NCBI GenBank assembly: GCA_964016885.1
Contig: OZ024743.1
Coordinates: 304,544,001 to 304,608,000, forward strand
From: Eledone cirrhosa
Lineage: Eukaryota
Direction: 5' to 3'
DNA: 64,000 nucleotides
In this document: positions 58,820-64,000 of the stretch, piece by piece
Numbering within the stretch: position 1 is the first letter of the stretch
How the letters are laid out: each line of letters begins with the position of its first letter
The notes under the pieces: model-generated
Databases searched by the model: none
The model's input: the letters and a program-made list of their open reading frames with translations, nothing else
Told to the model about the DNA's origin: nothing
Program-made: the position numbers and the translations under genes

Positions 58820-59900
58820 AAATTTGCAATAACGTAGTAAATGAGGCACAATAAGTCATGGAAAATGAGCTTTATTTGAGGAACTATTGGCATGAACAAT
58901 CTTCAGAATTGATTAACGCACCTAAACAATGGACTCACTGTTAGCATCGATGACAGCTTTGGTCTGCAGCATTGACACACAAATCAGATGATCTTTATCT
59001 ATTTTGGATATTGTACTAGGTACGGGAGACATTTTTATAGTTTTATAGAGGTATTTATTTAATTCCCTCTCCACTACACCCTATACGTAGTAGTCTAACG
59101 GATTCAGGTTTAGGGAGCTAGTAGGCCATGTTTGGAGTAAAGTTATCGTGGAGAATGTAATGCATCCATTAGTGGGTCGATCTGGCTTTATGAGGCGACA
59201 GAGATTCTTGTTGGTAAGTGTACGATCTTCCTTTGCTGCCGTTCTATATTGAAAGCTTCTCAACCCTCCCCAACAGCTCCCTAGAGTCAACAGCATTGGC
59301 AAGCAGCTGATTATAGTGAGGAGACATATGATCTCCGTCGCTGCTCATGATTCCCAGAACGATCACATGCTGAGTGCATGACCGTTGGGACTTCATTCCG
59401 ATTTCTGCATAACCACCTGTCATTCTTTCGGTTGATCTTGCTCTCCCGATCAAAGATTTTTCTCCTGGAAGAAAAGACAAAGTATTCCAGTCTCTTTATG
59501 CTTCAAATTGCCCCAAACGCACTCTACACGGGACAGATGGGTATCTTTTGTCTTTACAGACATGAATTAGCTTCACCGCCTTACATATGACTTTTATCAA
59601 AGGTCCTCATGCATAATTCTTTCTTGAAATCTTGAGTTCCTTAGCAATAGCCCACATTGACATTCTGGGAGTATTATCTTTCAAACAAGTGTGGGTGTTC
59701 TGGTTGTATTAGAAGTCTTAGCATACGTTTTGCGTTTGGTTACTGATGTAGAATCCCCGTCAACCTCTTCTAGCAGTTTGCGAACTTTAACAACACACTT
59801 TCAGGAAGCAAACAATCTCTAAATCATTATGCTCTACATTTAAGGCGACAATTACAGAATGTCTTTTAATTTGCTGCGTTAGCTTGATGTCTTTCATCAT
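58820..59900 (-). mobile_element. Decayed IS630-Tc1-mariner transposase
   Basis: WPTSSLNLNPLDYYV resembles WPPNSPDLNPLDY; VIVLGIMSSDGDHMSPH; multiple frameshifts. TIRs not resolved. Confidence 0.7.
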
Positions 59901-62323
59901 TTATCTGAACAAGTTCGAAATAAGTTATAGCTATTAATACCTGTCCTCAAAAAGCTGAACAACTCTGTACACAAACAATTGGCAACTATTTTATGAATGA
60001 CATTCAATCCGCTCTCTTCTAAGAACAGCTCTAACAATAAGTACAACATTAGGAAAAATAGCAAACTGTAATTTTTCTGTCGATGACCATCTTTTGCAAC
60101 TATTGTAGTCGAAATTGTAAGTGACAGATATGCAGAAAATGATTTAGTCAAATAGTGCAATGATTCTAGTATCGGTAGGTATGTGGGGTTGGGGGGTCAA
60201 TGTCTAACCATAATATCACTTGAGTTATTACTGACGAACTGAGTCGCTTCCTTGAACAACGCTATTTTAAATTACATGGTCTCACTTCTTCTTTCCATTT
60301 GCACATCCACTAAAATTCTGTTTGGCATTGTTCTGAGTAAACAAGCAATTCAAGTAAATTATATTTTCCTTGTACATACGAAACTCTATAATACAAATTT
60401 TTCGTTTTTCGTAACCACGTGGTTTGCCTGTGTGACCAATAACAAGTTTGGTGCGTGAAACTCATCATTCATTGGTTGTTGTTGTTGCTCCTGTTTTTGT
60501 TGTTGTTGTTCTGGAGTTGGTTTTTGAACATATTTCTGTAGAACATGAGCTTCTTGTAGTAGTTTCTGATAATGTATTTTCACTCGAGCAGTTTTGCATT
60601 TTCTTTTTTTTTTTCTTTTATTACTTACATAAACATTTAACTTCTATTAATCATCCGCATAATACGCATTCCGAATCTCATTTAACTACACCTCAGTAAG
60701 GTAGTTTGTTTATATACTAAATTATTGGCTCTAAATCTTTATTAGAAAAAAACATTCACAACTTTGTATTTATTGCATATTGTACTGTAATATCATGTGG
60801 GTGGGTTTTGATGAATGTGTACAATCACACATTACTTTACTCATTTAAATTCTAGGAAAACCAGGTTTTTAACTCAGTGCACGTAACTCTTCTATGAAGA
60901 CTATTCATTTACCCCATAATCGTACCAATAGGGAATTGTGTAGCCTCTCATTAGGTTTTAGATGCTCATTTTTATATTTCTTCTTGTTTTCTTTATACTA
61001 AATGATTGTATATAATTACGTTTCAGCATTCTTTTGTATTAGCACGATCCAATTCGGCTGTTCTAAAGATTTTGGTTGATCGCATGGTCTTACGTTTATT
61101 GTCAAAGGTTATTTTCACTATTGTGCAATAACAACACATTTAACGTCTAAAAGGAAAGGATCTCCGACGTGTTTCACTTATAAATCATTCGACACTCTAG
61201 CGACCAGCATTTTGTGTGTTTTCAAACAGTGTGTGTTATATTCAGTTTATTCCTGTCTTGGTAGTATTTCAATGATGCAAAGTACGCGTACACATTGGAT
61301 TTTGTTGTTGTCTGGTTTTCGGTTAGTTTTATATTTCAACTGTTTCTGCTATATTGTAAGCTGCTTCCATACGAATGGTCTTAAGCGGAGTTGCATTTGG
61401 CAGTATATTATGAAATTTGTCTGGCTTTCCATGCATGCATGGGTCGAATAGAAAAGGTATATTGGGATGTAGCTGTGGGAGTAATGGGTTAGTTATATCA
61501 CAATGTTGTGATTATTATATTGGAAACAAGTATGGTGCATGTTCAGACTTTTTAGCCAATCGATTTGTGGCATCTAGTTTTTCAATTCCCGACGAAATCG
61601 ATTTTGCCTTTCATCTTTTACAGGTCGATAAACTAAAATGCCAATCACGTACTGAGCTCAGTATACTTGACTTCGCCTCCATACAAATTGTTGGTCTGGC
61701 GCCTAAATTAGAATCGTTTTATTCAGGGTTCTTATTTCTCATATACCTTTCCCTCGTGTGCTCTTATTTATAATTTATCATCTGGAAAATTAACTTTGTT
61801 TTTTATATAGAAATGTGTGTATAAAATTCGTTTCTCAAACAACTCATACATATGGAAGTAAATCTATTCCACATACCACCAACATAAATTAAACATAAGA
61901 GTCAGTCTGCCTCGCGTTCTCGGACAAGATGATGGATAATAATTGCACCGGAGGGTAACAAGGGAGATATGCTTGAACAGCCAATCTACCCCGTATCTGT
62001 GCACTTGTGAGTAACTAGCTCCACTCCGATACCAGTGAGCAGGATTGTTGTCCAGGGACCAATAACACCGGAATTCTCCATTACCACAGGGTCAACCTCA
62101 AACCTATAACAGAGCTGTCGATAATTTGACAGTTTGCCCTCTCCGGTCTGGCGGACAGTGAAGCCTAGACTGTTATTTGCTATTTATTGTACCCTGTAGT
62201 GAGTGTTTCGTTAGTGAGGGGTTCTCCAAGCTTATTCTTCTCAAATACGGTAATCTGCTTTTGGTTACCCTCTTCTTAATATATATACATACATACATAT
62301 ATATATATACACACACACAGAGA

Positions 62324-62432
<109 letters not shown>

Positions 62433-62509
62433 GTATGAGTATTTTGTATATCTAGCGATATACGGTATGTGTACGAATAAACATTATGAAAGCCTTCAGC
62501 TATGTAACT

Positions 62510-62880
62510 GGAAACTGATGATGTAGCGCCATCTAGCGGATTCCAGCAGAAGCTAAGGTTGGGTAACTGTCGACGACGTCGTTTCTGACTAATGTCGTTA
62601 TCAATACATTACTCTCTTACCCTGCTCTTTGCTGGAACTCAAATATAGGCGACAATATATAGTTTTGACACCTATGTACATGGCTGATTAGACTTATTTG
62701 CATATGGAGCTATCGGGTGGCTCAGAACTATATGTTTTCGCCTATATTTCAGTTCCAACAGAGAGCAGGATAAAGAAGCACTGTCTTGATAATGACCAGG
62801 AGCAGAAACGACGTCGTCAATAGTTATCCAACCTTACATTGTGTTAGAATCCGCTAGATGGCGTTATGTCATCAGTTTCC
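62510..62880. repeat. Old imperfect ~370-bp palindrome with an HHR in each arm
   Basis: ggaaactgatgatgtagcgccatctagcggattc ... gaatccgctagatggcgttatgtcatcagtttcc; arms visibly diverged. Confidence 0.85.
62780..62824 (+). ncRNA. Hammerhead ribozyme, U3-A8 variant (mirror at 62566-62610, -)
   Basis: actgtc-TTGATAA-tgaccaggagca-GAAA-cgacgtcg-TC-aatagt. The other arm supplies cgacattagtca and gacagt, giving a well-paired consensus. Confidence 0.68.
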
Positions 62881-62999
62881 GATATAGTTGTATATATATA
62901 TATATATATATTTTTTTTGTTAATTTATATTTAATTATTGTCATGTTTCTGTCATTAAATGAGAGAAATAAGTCAAACTTAACTCAAATGTAGAAACAA

Positions 63000-64000
63000 T
63001 TATTATTTAAACACAATTCACAAGACATAGAATATATTTGTAATTAGATGACATACAACTGGTATAAGTTGTAACGATGAAAGAATGGTATTTAACTAAT
63101 GTATTGGTACGCGATGGGGCCCACTCACAGCCCCGGCGGACAGAATGGAGAACGCGTTTCCCCGGAGGACGGCAAGGGAGACGCGCTGGAAAAGTCACTC
63201 CAACTCGCGGGGCTCACACTTGCGGCTGGCCAGCTCAGCGCCTTTGGTTGGAAGTAAGGAGGTAGCCCTGGGGCCGAGGACACCAGAAGTTTCCACTGCC
63301 AGGGGAACGACCGCAAACCTGTCGGAGAGCGACCGGTATTTGAGGAGTTTGGCCCCCTCAGCCCGACGTGCAGCAGAACCTGGGTCAGTCGCAGACTGCA
63401 CCAGGTTGCGGCTGCAGAAAGTGTCGGTGCAAGTGGCATCCCAGACGAGGGGTTTGCCACCGCGGAACAGTAAGATGGTCATGCCATCTGGCCTTTTGCC
63501 GTCCCCTCGATCCAGCCCCACCGGCTCGAGCTGGGAAGGGAAGCCTGCAGCGTCCAAGCCATGCTTGATGACCTCGTTTAGGGCAGTATGGCGTGGAATG
63601 CGGCCGGCACTGTGACGACAGGAAAGCGGGTGGAGGCCGAAAGATTTCACGGTGGAACCGCAGCGACATTGGTGTGGCTGGCAGATCCGGAGGCCGAGCC
63701 TCAGGGAAACGCCGCTTCGCAGGCTATGGTTGTCTAGCTGCGTGCCAGTGGAGAGGGAGGGCAAAGCATGGAGCCAGGCACCACTGTGGGGTTTGGAGGC
63801 CGCACGCAAACAAGCAAGGCGGTGCTGGTCGAGCTGGCGCGTGAGCCTGTCTGAGGCCAGGCTGCACTGGATGGCATCCTAAGTGCGTTGGGGGGACTTG
63901 ACGTCAACAGAGGGAGAAGGAGGAGGGACGTCTACTGGGTTAAGTTCCAGCCTGTCCCACGTCTCACAGGCGGCCTCACGTTCTCTGAACACAGAGGGTT
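63000..64000 (-). mobile_element. CRE-like RLE non-LTR retrotransposon 3' part (runs off the window end)
   Basis: SGAWLHALP, LRLG..C..HQCRCG..GLHPLSC, RHTALN, GKRPDGMT, LVWDATCTDT, VPLAVETSGVLG; GC-rich relative to its flanks. Confidence 0.8.

Noticed and set aside
61140-61195. Degenerate HHR-like string (CGAATGA...GAAAcacgTC) on the minus strand
   Set aside because: The core is mismatched and stem I is not complementary.

Overview
Gene-poor, AT-rich, microsatellite-laden eukaryotic DNA. The SINE families and (TA)n/(CA)n load resemble an octopus/coleoid genome (inference only). I can support no intact host gene. About 3.1-21.4 kb is a cluster of decayed non-LTR retrotransposons at (TAA)n tracts: one Tx1/L1-like element and three R4/Dong-like RLE elements. 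The rest holds Penelope-like element (PLE) fragments, RTE and CRE-like fragments, a Tc1/mariner relic, a Helitron-like element and SINEs. The main unexplained signal is non-coding. About 20 minimal type-I hammerhead ribozyme (HHR) motifs from roughly 9-10 unrelated sequence families can be read by eye as stem I + CUGANGA + stem II + GAAA + palindromic stem III + NUH + stem I'. Many lie inside about 14 fold-back palindromes (0.1-1 kb) next to (TA)n tracts, so each palindrome has a ribozyme on both strands. One HHR family forms ~0.4-0.5 kb tandem, retrozyme-like units. Two unrelated families carry the compensatory U3-A8 core. All alignments and folds were done by eye; boundaries are approximate unless stated.
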